A stretch of 55,503 nt of DNA from an uncultured archaeon (GTDB lineage: Archaea; Asgardarchaeota; Lokiarchaeia; Sigyniarchaeales; SOKP01): contig CAZWEM010000028.1 in NCBI GenBank assembly GCA_964632315.1, positions 1 through 55,503 on the forward strand, given 5' to 3'. Made by a program: the position numbers and the translations under genes. The notes beneath the pieces were generated by a model. The model saw only the letters and a list, made by a program, of their open reading frames with translations. It made no database searches and had not been told where the DNA came from. Shown here in pieces: positions 28,434-38,546 of this stretch; the first letter of the stretch is position 1, and the number at the start of each line of letters is the position of its first letter.

Positions 28434-29819
28434 TCACCCAATATAATATTCTTTAACAAATTTATCATGAATTCTATAAAGATTTTCTTTTGGAATATTT
28501 GCTAGCACCTTCCAAGCAATATTTAAAGTCTCTTCAAAACTTCGGTTCTCTGTTTCTTCTTGATTTATGAAATTGGCTTCAAATTCTCGATTAAAATTCA
28601 ATAATGATTTTTGATATTGATTTAAACTATCTTCTCCAACTATAGAGATTAATTCTTTTACATCTAGGGATTCAGAATAAGATGCTAGTAATTGTGATGC
28701 AACATCGGCATGATCTGCCCTTGTTGTTTCTGCCCCTATAGCATCCTTCATTAACCGTGATAATGAGGCTAATAATTCAATAGGAGGATAGATTCCGCTT
28801 TTATGCATACTTCTATTTAATACAATTTGACCTTCTGTGATGTAACCTGAAGTATCAGCAATCGGATGAGTTATATCATCATTTGGCATTGTAAGAATTG
28901 GAATTTGGGTTATTGATCCTTTTTTTCCCTTAATTTTACCCGTGCGTTCATATATAGAAGCTAAATCAGAATATAAATATCCTGGATACCCTTTTCTACT
29001 TGGAATTTCTTCTCGAGCAGAACTTAATTCTCTTAAAGCTTCCGCATAATTTGTCATATTAATCAAAATAATTAATACGTGCATATCTTTTTCGAAAGCA
29101 AAATATTCTGCAGTTGTGAGAGCAACTCTAGGAATTAAGAGTCGCTCCATAACGGGATCATCAATAAAATTGAAAAAAGAAATGATATTATTTATATTAC
29201 CGCTTTCTTTAAATTTATCTAAAAAGAATACAGCTTCATCTTGTAGTAAACCAATCCCGCAAAAAATCACTAAAAATGGTTCATTAGTCAAAACTTTCGC
29301 TTGAGTTACTATTTGTGCAGCCAGATTATTATGAGATAACCCTTGTCCACTAAAAATAGGTAGTTTTTGTCCTCGAATCAGTGTATTTAATCCATCGATT
29401 ACAGAGATCCCAGTTTGAATAATTTCTGTAGGATATTCTCGAGCAAATGGATTAATTGGGCTTCCATTAATTTCTCGTTCAACCCCTGAAATTATATCTG
29501 ATTCTAATGCTTTTTTGGTGTATATATTAATTGGTTTTCCTAACGAGTTAAATGTGCCCCCCATCATATCTTTAGATAGCTTTACTTTAAATAAATCTCC
29601 TGTAAAAGCAATATCTGAGTTTTCTGAAGAGATACCTGTGGTATCTTGAAAAACCTCGAGAACTATTACTTCTTCATCCATCCTTATAATTTGTCCGTTT
29701 CTTTCTTCTCCATCATTAGTAATGATCTTAACAAATTCTCCAAACTGAACATCATGATTATTCTTTAAAAATAATAGAGACCCAATTATCTGATTAATTT
29801 TATTATATGTTACACTCAT
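28434..29819 (-). CDS. atpB: A/V-type ATP synthase subunit B
   Basis: GQKLPIFSG, GYPGYLYSDLASIYER, MPNDDITHP, TEGQI, SLSRLM. Confidence 0.96.
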   Translation of the reverse strand: MSVTYNKINQIIGSLLFLKNNHDVQFGEFVKIITNDGEERNGQIIRMDEEVIVLEVFQDTTGISSENSDIAFTGDLFKVKLSKDMMGGTFNSLGKPINIYTKKALESDIISGVEREINGSPINPFAREYPTEIIQTGISVIDGLNTLIRGQKLPIFSGQGLSHNNLAAQIVTQAKVLTNEPFLVIFCGIGLLQDEAVFFLDKFKESGNINNIISFFNFIDDPVMERLLIPRVALTTAEYFAFEKDMHVLIILINMTNYAEALRELSSAREEIPSRKGYPGYLYSDLASIYERTGKIKGKKGSITQIPILTMPNDDITHPIADTSGYITEGQIVLNRSMHKSGIYPPIELLASLSRLMKDAIGAETTRADHADVASQLLASYSESLDVKELISIVGEDSLNQYQKSLLNFNREFEANFINQEETENRSFEETLNIAWKVLANIPKENLYRIHDKFVKEYYIG

Positions 29820-29822
29820 TGT

Positions 29823-31625
29823 CTACAAACCCTTATAACTAAATTTTAAATCTTCCATTTCTTTTATTAAAGTATCTTTTATTTCTACTATTTTATCAAA
29901 ATCCTCATTAGGTATAGTAATACCAATTCTTAAGATTTTATTAATAACATCTAATTTTTTAATGTCCTCTAATAATACTCCAGATTGTAAAAGCTCACTT
30001 GCTTGTTTATAGAACAAAAGAATAATTTTAATCATTCCTAAGAGTTTTTTTGGTTCTGTAAATCGATCAATTTCATCAAAAGCATTCTGAATTAAAAATC
30101 CTTTTTTAATAAGGTTCGCTAAAAAAAGGCTAAGCTGTTGTTCTTCTGGTAAGTTTTCTTCCCCTATTAACTGGCTGATATTTTCTAAATTAGCTTCTTT
30201 TGCAAGAATTTCATCAATTCTTGTCCTACATTCTAACCAATCTACATCAATTTCTTTCCAATTAAAATTTTTTTCAAGCCACCAATCTGAAACATAATCC
30301 GTATATTTTGAATACGAATCTAACCAGTTAATTGCAGGGTAATGTTTCGAATACGCTAATTTTGCATCCAAAGCCCAAAATGCTTGCACAAAACGTTTTG
30401 TAGTAGCGGTAACGGGTTCACTAAAGTCTCCAGAAGGAGGTGACACAGATCCCACGAGAGTAATAGACCCATATTTCTCTTCAGAACCAACCAATTGAAC
30501 AACACCAGATCGTTCATAAAAACTTGATAGTTTAGAAGATAGATAAGCAGGATATCCTTCTTCTGCGGGCATCTCTTCCATCAAGCCCGAGATCTCTCTT
30601 AAAGCTTCTGCCCATCTTGAAGTGCTATCTGCTAACACGGCAACATTATATCCCATATCCCGGTAATATTCAGCTATTGTGACGCCAGAAAAAATGCTAA
30701 TTTCTCGAGCAGAGACAGGCATATTTGAAGTATTTGCGATGAGAACTACTCTTTCAATTAAGGGGCGATTTGTTTTGGGATCAATGATTTTCAAGAAATC
30801 TTTTAGAACATCCGCCATTTCATTTCCACGTTCCCCACATCCTACTAAAATAATTATATCTGCATTACTCCATTTTGCTAAGGACTGTTGTATTACCGTT
30901 TTTCCCGTTCCAAAACCACCAGGAACAGCAACGCAACCTCCCCTTGCAATAGGAAATAATAAATCAATTACGCGAATTCCTGTAACCAAAGGTTCATATG
31001 GAATCTTCTTTCTTTTAAACGGTCTAGCTCTTGTAACGGGCCATTTTTGTAACATTGGAAAGGAAATCTCATCATTTTCTCGCTTGATTGTATAAATATC
31101 CTCTAAAATGGTGTATTCCCCTTCTTGAACGATTTGAGTAATTATTCCCGAATAAGTGAAAGGAACCATGATTTTATGTTCTATTAAAGGCGTTTCCTGT
31201 ACAATTCCTATGATATCACCTTCCCCTACTTTATCTCCGATCTTTTTAGAAGGTTGAAAATGCCATTTTTTTGTCCTTGATAAAGGTTCAACTTCAATAC
31301 CACGTTCTAAAAATCCACCTTTTTGTTCATAAATGATCTTCAAGGGTCTTTGGATACCATCAAAAATACTTGAAATTAAACCTGGTGCTAATTCCATAGA
31401 CAATGGTGAACCTAGATCAACTACATCCTCATGAATTCTTAATTTTTCTGTATTTTCAAAACATTGAGCAATTACATGATCGGGATAAATTTGCAAAACT
31501 TCTCCCAATATATTATGCCTTTCAACTTTCACAATATTATGTAGTTTTACTTGTCTCTCAATTCCCTTAATAGAGATTAATGATCCATGAATACTTGCGA
31601 TCGAGCCTTTTTTAGAACTGATCAT
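29823..31625 (-). CDS. atpA: A/V-type ATP synthase subunit A
   Basis: PGGFGTGKT, GCGERGNEM, NTSNMPV, DSTSRWAEALREISG, EEGYPAYL. Confidence 0.96.
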   Translation of the reverse strand: MISSKKGSIASIHGSLISIKGIERQVKLHNIVKVERHNILGEVLQIYPDHVIAQCFENTEKLRIHEDVVDLGSPLSMELAPGLISSIFDGIQRPLKIIYEQKGGFLERGIEVEPLSRTKKWHFQPSKKIGDKVGEGDIIGIVQETPLIEHKIMVPFTYSGIITQIVQEGEYTILEDIYTIKRENDEISFPMLQKWPVTRARPFKRKKIPYEPLVTGIRVIDLLFPIARGGCVAVPGGFGTGKTVIQQSLAKWSNADIIILVGCGERGNEMADVLKDFLKIIDPKTNRPLIERVVLIANTSNMPVSAREISIFSGVTIAEYYRDMGYNVAVLADSTSRWAEALREISGLMEEMPAEEGYPAYLSSKLSSFYERSGVVQLVGSEEKYGSITLVGSVSPPSGDFSEPVTATTKRFVQAFWALDAKLAYSKHYPAINWLDSYSKYTDYVSDWWLEKNFNWKEIDVDWLECRTRIDEILAKEANLENISQLIGEENLPEEQQLSLFLANLIKKGFLIQNAFDEIDRFTEPKKLLGMIKIILLFYKQASELLQSGVLLEDIKKLDVINKILRIGITIPNEDFDKIVEIKDTLIKEMEDLKFSYKGL

Positions 31626-31626
31626 T

Positions 31627-32361
31627 CTATACCAATTCCTCTAGTTTTTCTAAATAAATATGAATCTTCTTTCTGATATCTTCTATACTTTTCTCAAACT
31701 TTTCATTTATACCATAGTAGGACTCTTCTAATAATGAAAGTTCCTCAGTTATCAATGATTCAAATGCATTTGTATGCATTTTTATTTGATTTTCAAGTAT
31801 GTAATTTAGGTTAAATGATTCTTCTGGGATAATCAATATATAACCTCCTATAGTTTCTTTTTCAGATTTCTGTAATTCGTAATTATTAATCTGATTAGAT
31901 TTTAATAATTCCTTATGATTACTAAGATAATTGAAATCATTAGAGTTTAGAATAAACGTCATTTTTTTATGAATTTTTAAGTCATCTACTTTTTCTTTCA
32001 TTATCTTAAGCAAATATTTAATATATTTATCATAGTTTTTTGAGATTTTGAGCGCTATTGCTTCTTTAAAATCATTTTTAATGTTTGTAATAAGTTTATT
32101 TTTTAATTCTAATAATTGATTTTTAATATCCAATAAAATTGAAACTGTGGATTCATTTATTTGAGAATGATATTGGTCTTTAAATTGCTTTTTTTTCTTA
32201 TTTAGAATTTGTTCAATTCTTTCATTCTTTCTTTTTTTTAAACTAGAATTTAATAGAACCTGTTTACGTTCAATTTCTTTAATTTCATTTTCCGCATTTT
32301 CAACCAAATATAATCCTAAATTTCCAAATTCTTTTTTTAAACTAGAATCATTCTCTTCCAT
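31627..32361 (-). CDS. atpE: A/V-type ATP synthase subunit E
   Basis: N-terminal coiled coil, TIGGYILI; operon position. Confidence 0.75.
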   Translation of the reverse strand: MEENDSSLKKEFGNLGLYLVENAENEIKEIERKQVLLNSSLKKRKNERIEQILNKKKKQFKDQYHSQINESTVSILLDIKNQLLELKNKLITNIKNDFKEAIALKISKNYDKYIKYLLKIMKEKVDDLKIHKKMTFILNSNDFNYLSNHKELLKSNQINNYELQKSEKETIGGYILIIPEESFNLNYILENQIKMHTNAFESLITEELSLLEESYYGINEKFEKSIEDIRKKIHIYLEKLEELV

Positions 32362-32377
32362 TCATTTCCACCTCTAT

Positions 32378-32707
32378 TCAATGCATAACCTTTCCAATAT
32401 ATTCTTGAATATTTTTCGTAATTGAATCAGTTTTTATATTTCTTGATTGAAAAATATCGGGTAATAAGAATATAAATGGTTTTGGGTTATTCAATTTAAA
32501 ATTTAGATAAAAATCTAAATGTCCAGTTAAAGCTCTTTCGGAGATAAGGACCATTCCAATTGTCGGATTTTTTATTATTTCATTTAACTCTAATTCAAAT
32601 TCATTAAAATTATTAACCACTTTCCCCTCAATACCTAATAATTCAAATAAAGTTACTGTCTCTTCATCCCCTAAGACCTTAATTCTATTGTAATTAGAAA
32701 TAGCCAT
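32378..32707 (-). CDS. atpF: A/V-type ATP synthase subunit F
   Basis: IKVLGDEETVTLFELLGI, IGMVLISE, PFIFLLPD. Confidence 0.9.
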   Translation of the reverse strand: MAISNYNRIKVLGDEETVTLFELLGIEGKVVNNFNEFELELNEIIKNPTIGMVLISERALTGHLDFYLNFKLNNPKPFIFLLPDIFQSRNIKTDSITKNIQEYIGKVMH

Positions 32708-33018
32708 CAGAATGGTAACTCCAATACTTTGATTATTTGATTTATAAAATCTTCTTTATTCTTTTTATATTCCTGTTCAATTTCATGAAATAGTTGTGTA
32801 TTTGTATTTTTGTATTCATTTATTTTGTCCTGTAATTCTATTGAAAGATTTTCAAGAGTATCATTTATGTACACATCTAATAAATTAGCACGCTTATCTA
32901 TTACTTCATCGTATTTCTCTCTTAAAGAACGAACCTCTTCTGTATGCCTTTCTTTAGCCTCATTTAAGAGGTTTTCATACATTTTTTCTAATTCTTTCAC
33001 ATTATCAAATATATTCAA
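32707..33018 (-). CDS. A/V-type ATP synthase subunit H/G (peripheral stalk)
   Basis: 103-aa charged helical protein within the operon. Confidence 0.65.
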   Translation of the reverse strand: MNIFDNVKELEKMYENLLNEAKERHTEEVRSLREKYDEVIDKRANLLDVYINDTLENLSIELQDKINEYKNTNTQLFHEIEQEYKKNKEDFINQIIKVLELPF

Positions 33019-33042
33019 TTTATCTAACCTGTTTACTTTTGT

Positions 33043-34092
33043 TTATAAAGTTTGATATTTGAGATTTATTATATTGACGACTAAAGGAATTAAAACATAT
33101 TTGATCTCAGATTCCTTTTTAACTAATAACTCTAAGACTTTACTCGCCGTTAGTGCAGATAAACTTGAAATTTGCTTATGACATTCCTTAAAAAAATATT
33201 CATCATAAACACCTTTTAATATAGCGATGATATCTTCAGTACTTTTATTAAAAACATCTGGTGGAAAAAGTCTTGGTTTAGATTCCGTTAAAAAGGAGAT
33301 TAATGATTGATTAAATCCTTCAACCGTTTCTTGATTCAGTAAAATATTTAATTTTTTTGAATTTAAGAATAAATAACTATTTATAATCAATTGCGATAAT
33401 AAATTTTTTTCAATATTATTTTTAATCCCCCGATAAAGAATTTTGACATTATAGATTTCAACCACATAATTAATGTATATTCTCATTATCTCGAAATCCG
33501 ATTTACTAAATCTAGATTTTATTCTACTTAAAATTTCATAGTATAATTTATCAAGGGAAACCGCCAAGAAAAAAATTTCTTGATTTCTCTTATAAAAATC
33601 CAATCCTTCCTTTATAACTTGATAATAGTTTGTCTTTTTCATAAATAACTGAATTTCGTTGATAGTGCGTTTATTTATGAGTTCCCGGATAAAATCCTCA
33701 TTATCAAGTAATTCTTCAATTATAAAATTAGTATCATTTAATTTTTCTTTTTTAGTTCTATTAAGGATCGTTCCAAGTATTATATTCTTTATATTGTATA
33801 TCTCGTACTTCATTAAAAAATATTTTAAAAATTGTCTTAATTCATCTGGTGAATTTACAAGAATTCTCCCAATTAATTTAAAAAAACTATGATACAGAGA
33901 TTTTTCGATTTCCGAAATTGATAGCATTTTAAAAGAAGTATCAGGATAATATGGTTTTATGAATTCGATAAGTTCATCTATAGATTTGATGTTTTTTGCA
34001 CTATTAATATCTGACTCAGTTAACACAATTTGTTTTAAAATAGCCAACTTTACATATAAATAACCATAATCTGGTACAATAACACCACTCAT
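33043..34092 (-). CDS. atpC: A/V-type ATP synthase subunit C (d)
   Basis: DYGYLYVK, KYEIYNIKNII, LDKLYY, EIYNVKILYRG. Confidence 0.8.
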   Translation of the reverse strand: MSGVIVPDYGYLYVKLAILKQIVLTESDINSAKNIKSIDELIEFIKPYYPDTSFKMLSISEIEKSLYHSFFKLIGRILVNSPDELRQFLKYFLMKYEIYNIKNIILGTILNRTKKEKLNDTNFIIEELLDNEDFIRELINKRTINEIQLFMKKTNYYQVIKEGLDFYKRNQEIFFLAVSLDKLYYEILSRIKSRFSKSDFEIMRIYINYVVEIYNVKILYRGIKNNIEKNLLSQLIINSYLFLNSKKLNILLNQETVEGFNQSLISFLTESKPRLFPPDVFNKSTEDIIAILKGVYDEYFFKECHKQISSLSALTASKVLELLVKKESEIKYVLIPLVVNIINLKYQTL

Positions 34093-34128
34093 TAGAATTT
34101 CACCAGATAAAAAAATAGTTTATGCTAT

Positions 34129-34506
34129 CTAGCTTGTTGGAATGGCTGGAATCTTTGTCCATAATAATATCCCGACAATTAGCCCGTAAATCGCAATAGC
34201 TTCACCTAATGCTACTACGATAAAGGCTTTACCGAATGATTCTTCTCTCTCTAACATCGCAGAAATTACTGCCGTTCCGACGGTTTTAATTGCTATTCCG
34301 CCACCTAAACCTGCTAAACCAATAGCTAACCCCGCTCCAACACCTAGAAGTCCCGCTGTTGCAGTATTATAATAATCATAGAGATCATGAGTGGTTGTCT
34401 GTGCGCTGACAAAAGTTACTAATCCATTTATTGAAAAAAATACAATCAATACTAAAAACACTTGAAAAAGTGCTAGTAATATGTAAAACTTACTTTTGGG
34501 CTTCAA
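34129..34506 (-). CDS. atpK: A/V-type ATP synthase subunit K (c), single hairpin with N-terminal hydrophobic extension
   Basis: GAGLAIGLAGLGGG, VALGEAIAIYG. Confidence 0.92.
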   Translation of the reverse strand: MKPKSKFYILLALFQVFLVLIVFFSINGLVTFVSAQTTTHDLYDYYNTATAGLLGVGAGLAIGLAGLGGGIAIKTVGTAVISAMLEREESFGKAFIVVALGEAIAIYGLIVGILLWTKIPAIPTS

Positions 34507-34793
34507 TTTTAAACCTTTTTTTTGTAATTAGTTTTAAACTATATCTATTTAATATAAATATTCATAATTATTAACTTTGGCTATTTTTAACCATATTACG
34601 ATGTATACTTTTTTGAAATATGAAGCAGTTTCAGTATGAGACTAAATTTTGTTTTTTACAATTAGATTGTTCTTTTTCACTAAATCTTTTCATAAAGATT
34701 TAATATATGATATTTCAAAATTAACTTATTGAATTAGCTATATCATTTTATAAATTTTAATATAAAAGAGAAGATAATAGTTCTTATACCTCA

Positions 34794-35417
34794 TTAAGGT
34801 TTAAACCATTCAAAAAAGTAATAACTTCTAGTTAATGGATTTGCAATTACGAACTTTTTTCTTACAGAAGTAGCTAATCTCCCCGCTCTAACCATATCGA
34901 TGGCTGAGATTTTAGCATTATGATCTAAGACGTGAACTATGAAGGGAGAATGCTCTAAACCAGGTCCTTTTTTATAAACCACAAAATCAGCACCAAATTT
35001 AAGACCTGGCCGGGGAACATATCCCTTTTCCCTTAAATCTTCATAAATTATTAACTTCTCCTCAAATTTATGATGAATTTTTTTACAAATTTCAAAAAAT
35101 TCTTTCTCATTCATAAAATCTTGATTTTTAACATCATAAATCGTTATTTTATTCTTTTTAAGTAAGTAAAATGCCTCGATAAGGGATAACTCACTAGGTT
35201 TTGAAAAATATTCTAAACGAGGTTTATTAATCCCTAATGGAGCACCAAAAAAATTATATTTAACGTATAAATATGACGCGTATAATGGATTGAATACCAC
35301 AACTCTTGAGTTAATGAACTTAGTTGGGATTTTATCTGGGATCTGATCCTCGTGAATCTTATCCAAGTTTTTCGTGGTAGTATTTTCTTCACTCATCGAA
35401 TTAGAAATATTTTCCAT
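34794..35417 (-). CDS. endA: tRNA-intron endonuclease
   Basis: LSLIEAFYL, YEDLREKGY, GLKFGADFVVY, EHSPF, RLATSVRKK (Tyr/His/Lys triad). Confidence 0.93.
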   Translation of the reverse strand: MENISNSMSEENTTTKNLDKIHEDQIPDKIPTKFINSRVVVFNPLYASYLYVKYNFFGAPLGINKPRLEYFSKPSELSLIEAFYLLKKNKITIYDVKNQDFMNEKEFFEICKKIHHKFEEKLIIYEDLREKGYVPRPGLKFGADFVVYKKGPGLEHSPFIVHVLDHNAKISAIDMVRAGRLATSVRKKFVIANPLTRSYYFFEWFKP

Positions 35418-35518
35418 AATTTAATAAATCTTTCAAATTTATAAGACTTGAATCAAACTATAAAAACTTTAAAATCAAATTATTTATATACAATTATTAA
35501 AGATCTGAGGTGAATAAT

Positions 35519-36421
35519 ATGGTCCTTAGGAAAGCAGCTGTTGCTGGATCATTTTATCCTCGTTTTAAACCTGATTTAATCAGAATAATCGAAAGTTCAT
35601 TTTTAGATAACGAATTTGGACCAGGGGCTCTCTTTGAGAATTCAAGGGAGGAAAGCAGGACTATTCTCGGAGGTATTTGTCCCCACGCGGGTTATACTTA
35701 TTCTGGTTGTTGTGCTGCTCATACATACTTGAATATTTTTAAAGAAAAAACACCAGATACAGTTATCGTTTTAGGGACAGATCACGTGGGATTGGGAAAA
35801 ATAGCCTTATTGAAAGAAGGTGAATGGGAGACTCCATTAGGTAATTTAGAAATTGATTCTGAAATTACAGAAATGATATTAAAAAAAACTAAAAACATCA
35901 TTGCGGATGATTCAGCATTTATTGGGTATCCTTTTGGGAGAGAGCATAATATTGAAGTCCAATTACCATTTATTAAATACTGTTCTAAAAATAAGTTAGT
36001 AAAAATTGTCCCTATAAAAATTTCAAAATATGATTTTGAGTTACTTGAAAAAATCTCAGAACAACTCGCAAATGTCATTCAATCTTCTTCAAAAGATATT
36101 ATAATGATCGCTTCTTCTGATATGACTCATAAACAACCAAAAAATATGATGAATCCTCAAAATGATATTCAAGAAATGAAAAATAGTGATTTAGAAGTTA
36201 TAAACGCTTTCAAAGAATTTAATCCCCTGAAAACTTTTCAGAATGCTAAAAATACAACAGTTTGTGGTCCACAGACTATTACAACGTTAATGTTAACTTG
36301 TCAGAAACTAAACGCAAAAACATGTGAAGATTTAAAATATTATACTAGCTATGAAAAAGGAGGGGGAACAGGACCTTGCGAATATTCTGTAGGATATTTT
36401 TCTGGAATCATTCGAATTTAA
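35519..36421 (+). CDS. amrB: MEMO1 family / AmmeMemoRadiSam protein B
   Basis: RKAAVAGSFYP, PHAGYTYSG, EHNIEVQLPF, ASSDMTH, SVGY. Confidence 0.92.
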   Translation: MVLRKAAVAGSFYPRFKPDLIRIIESSFLDNEFGPGALFENSREESRTILGGICPHAGYTYSGCCAAHTYLNIFKEKTPDTVIVLGTDHVGLGKIALLKEGEWETPLGNLEIDSEITEMILKKTKNIIADDSAFIGYPFGREHNIEVQLPFIKYCSKNKLVKIVPIKISKYDFELLEKISEQLANVIQSSSKDIIMIASSDMTHKQPKNMMNPQNDIQEMKNSDLEVINAFKEFNPLKTFQNAKNTTVCGPQTITTLMLTCQKLNAKTCEDLKYYTSYEKGGGTGPCEYSVGYFSGIIRI

Positions 36422-36447
36422 TTAAATAATACTTAAAGTGAAACTAT

Positions 36448-37488
36448 ATGCCAGCTGATAAAGATAAAATAGAAGATTTTGTTACATTGTGGAAAAATAA
36501 ATCTCAGGAAAATAATCAGCCTTCAATTATTGGTGAAACAATCGATCAGTTAGACAAACTTAAGAAAGAGAATGATGAATTGAGAAAAAAAATAGGAGAG
36601 AATATTGAATTAATTTCAAAATCTGAAGAAGTCATAAAAAATTTATCAAATGACAGGGAACGATCAAGGATAGAGCATGAAGAGTCAATTATGGATCTTA
36701 CAATGCGTGTAAATAATCTTGAGCGAGAAAATGTAGAATTAGGTAATAAAGTGAAAAGCATGGTTAAGGTACTGATGGAAAAAGATGAGGAAATAAATGA
36801 GCTTAAAAATAAAGTTAATTCAAGTGGGGGAATAGGGAATGAAAAGATGAAATCAGAACTTTCTGAAAAAAATGATACAATTGATCGTTTAAGTCAGCAA
36901 ATCTTAGAAATTAAGGACGAAAATGAAAAAATAAATGCTCAACTATTAGAAAAAATTAAAAGTGTCCCCACTTTCGTAGTATCAGCAGAAAAGGATGAGA
37001 ACAAAGCACTTAAACCCTTACCTCCTCGACCTTCTAACGAACCACTTGAATTATTATGCCAAGATCTTCAAGCGGATTTAAATAAATATAAGAAAATTAT
37101 CACTCATTTAAATCAAGAAAAAGATCAATTAAAAAAAGCATTAGAAAAAGAAGGTATAACCTTTGATGTTGAGGAGCTAAACGCATTAAAAAATGAAAAT
37201 GATGCTCTTAGAAATGATTTACAGCAACTAAGAAATAGTTTCTCGGAGAAAACTCCAATGCAATCAACTTCGGATGACCATACTTTAAAGGAACTTCAGG
37301 AGAAGTTATTAGAAAAAGATAATCTTATAGCAGAACTAAAATTATCTCAAGTAACGCAGAATTCTATCCCTAAAGGACCAATGGCAGATTTAGTTGAAGA
37401 ATTACAAAATAATATTAATAAATTGAAACATGCAATTCAAGAAAGGGATCAGAAGATATCTGAATTAACAAACGCACAAAATCTTTAA
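36448..37488 (+). CDS. Long coiled-coil protein
   Basis: Heptad E/K/L/N-rich segments broken by a Pro-rich linker. Confidence 0.75.
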   Translation: MPADKDKIEDFVTLWKNKSQENNQPSIIGETIDQLDKLKKENDELRKKIGENIELISKSEEVIKNLSNDRERSRIEHEESIMDLTMRVNNLERENVELGNKVKSMVKVLMEKDEEINELKNKVNSSGGIGNEKMKSELSEKNDTIDRLSQQILEIKDENEKINAQLLEKIKSVPTFVVSAEKDENKALKPLPPRPSNEPLELLCQDLQADLNKYKKIITHLNQEKDQLKKALEKEGITFDVEELNALKNENDALRNDLQQLRNSFSEKTPMQSTSDDHTLKELQEKLLEKDNLIAELKLSQVTQNSIPKGPMADLVEELQNNINKLKHAIQERDQKISELTNAQNL

Positions 37489-37564
37489 ATCACCCAAAAT
37501 TAACTTATTTTCAAATTATTATAGATAAATTTTTTGAAGAATCGGCAATTAAATTAAGAGAATC

Positions 37565-38545
37565 GTGGATCAAAAGAAAAAAATTATAGAAATTCTCTTC
37601 ATTGGACATTTAGCAATTGATAGTATTATTCGATTTAAAGCAGCTAAGAGCCCAACACTAGGAGGGAGTGTTTCCTATGGATCAATTGCATTGAGCTGTT
37701 ACACGGATCGCGTTAAAATCGGCATAGTTTCAAATTTGGGATCTAAGAACTTTAATAATGAGTTATTAAATAAATTGAAAATGAAGAAAATTGACTTAGA
37801 GGGAATTAAGTGGTTTGATTCTTTAAATACTAATTTTGTTTTAGATTATCAAGATCATTCGAGAACTTTAATCTTGAAATCTAAAAGTCCTAATCTAGAA
37901 TTTAAGGACTTTCCTGAATCTTATATTCACTTTCCTCCAAAAGTCATAGTTTTAGTACCACTTTGCAACGAAATCAGCTATGATTACGTAAAAAAAATAA
38001 TAGAAACGTTTCCAAGAGCATATTTTGGGATAGATATACAAGGGTTTATACGGAACATAGATATGAATGGAAATGTATCCTATATTATTGATCAAGATCT
38101 GATCAAAAACCTAAAAAGTATCATTCATCTTGTTGGAGATAAATTGATTTTAAAAGGATCTGAGATTGAGATGAAATTAGTCTCTAGAGAAACTAATTTA
38201 ATTAAAGTCATGGAATATTTTAAAAAATTTGACAACGAGGGAATATATATAATGACGTTAGGGGAATCTGGATCTTTGATTATGAAAAAAGGGCGTGATA
38301 TTTTAAAAATTCCAGCATTTAAAAGTAAAGTTGTGACTGATGAAACTGGTGCTGGTGATGTATACTTAGCAATTTTTCTTTATGAACTCTTTAATTCTAA
38401 TAGATCTTGGAGATCAATAGAAAAGGCAGGACTTCTTGCCTCCTCAGCAGCTTCTTTTCTCATTGAAAAAGATGGCCCTTCAGGATGCGAATCAAAAGAA
38501 GAAGTTATGAAGCGTGTTAAAGAAAAAAAACATATAAAAGATTAG
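37565..38545 (+). CDS. PfkB family carbohydrate kinase
   Basis: GHLAID, LGGSVSY, TLGESGS, DETGAGDVY. Confidence 0.9.
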   Translation: MDQKKKIIEILFIGHLAIDSIIRFKAAKSPTLGGSVSYGSIALSCYTDRVKIGIVSNLGSKNFNNELLNKLKMKKIDLEGIKWFDSLNTNFVLDYQDHSRTLILKSKSPNLEFKDFPESYIHFPPKVIVLVPLCNEISYDYVKKIIETFPRAYFGIDIQGFIRNIDMNGNVSYIIDQDLIKNLKSIIHLVGDKLILKGSEIEMKLVSRETNLIKVMEYFKKFDNEGIYIMTLGESGSLIMKKGRDILKIPAFKSKVVTDETGAGDVYLAIFLYELFNSNRSWRSIEKAGLLASSAASFLIEKDGPSGCESKEEVMKRVKEKKHIKD

Positions 38546-38546
38546 A

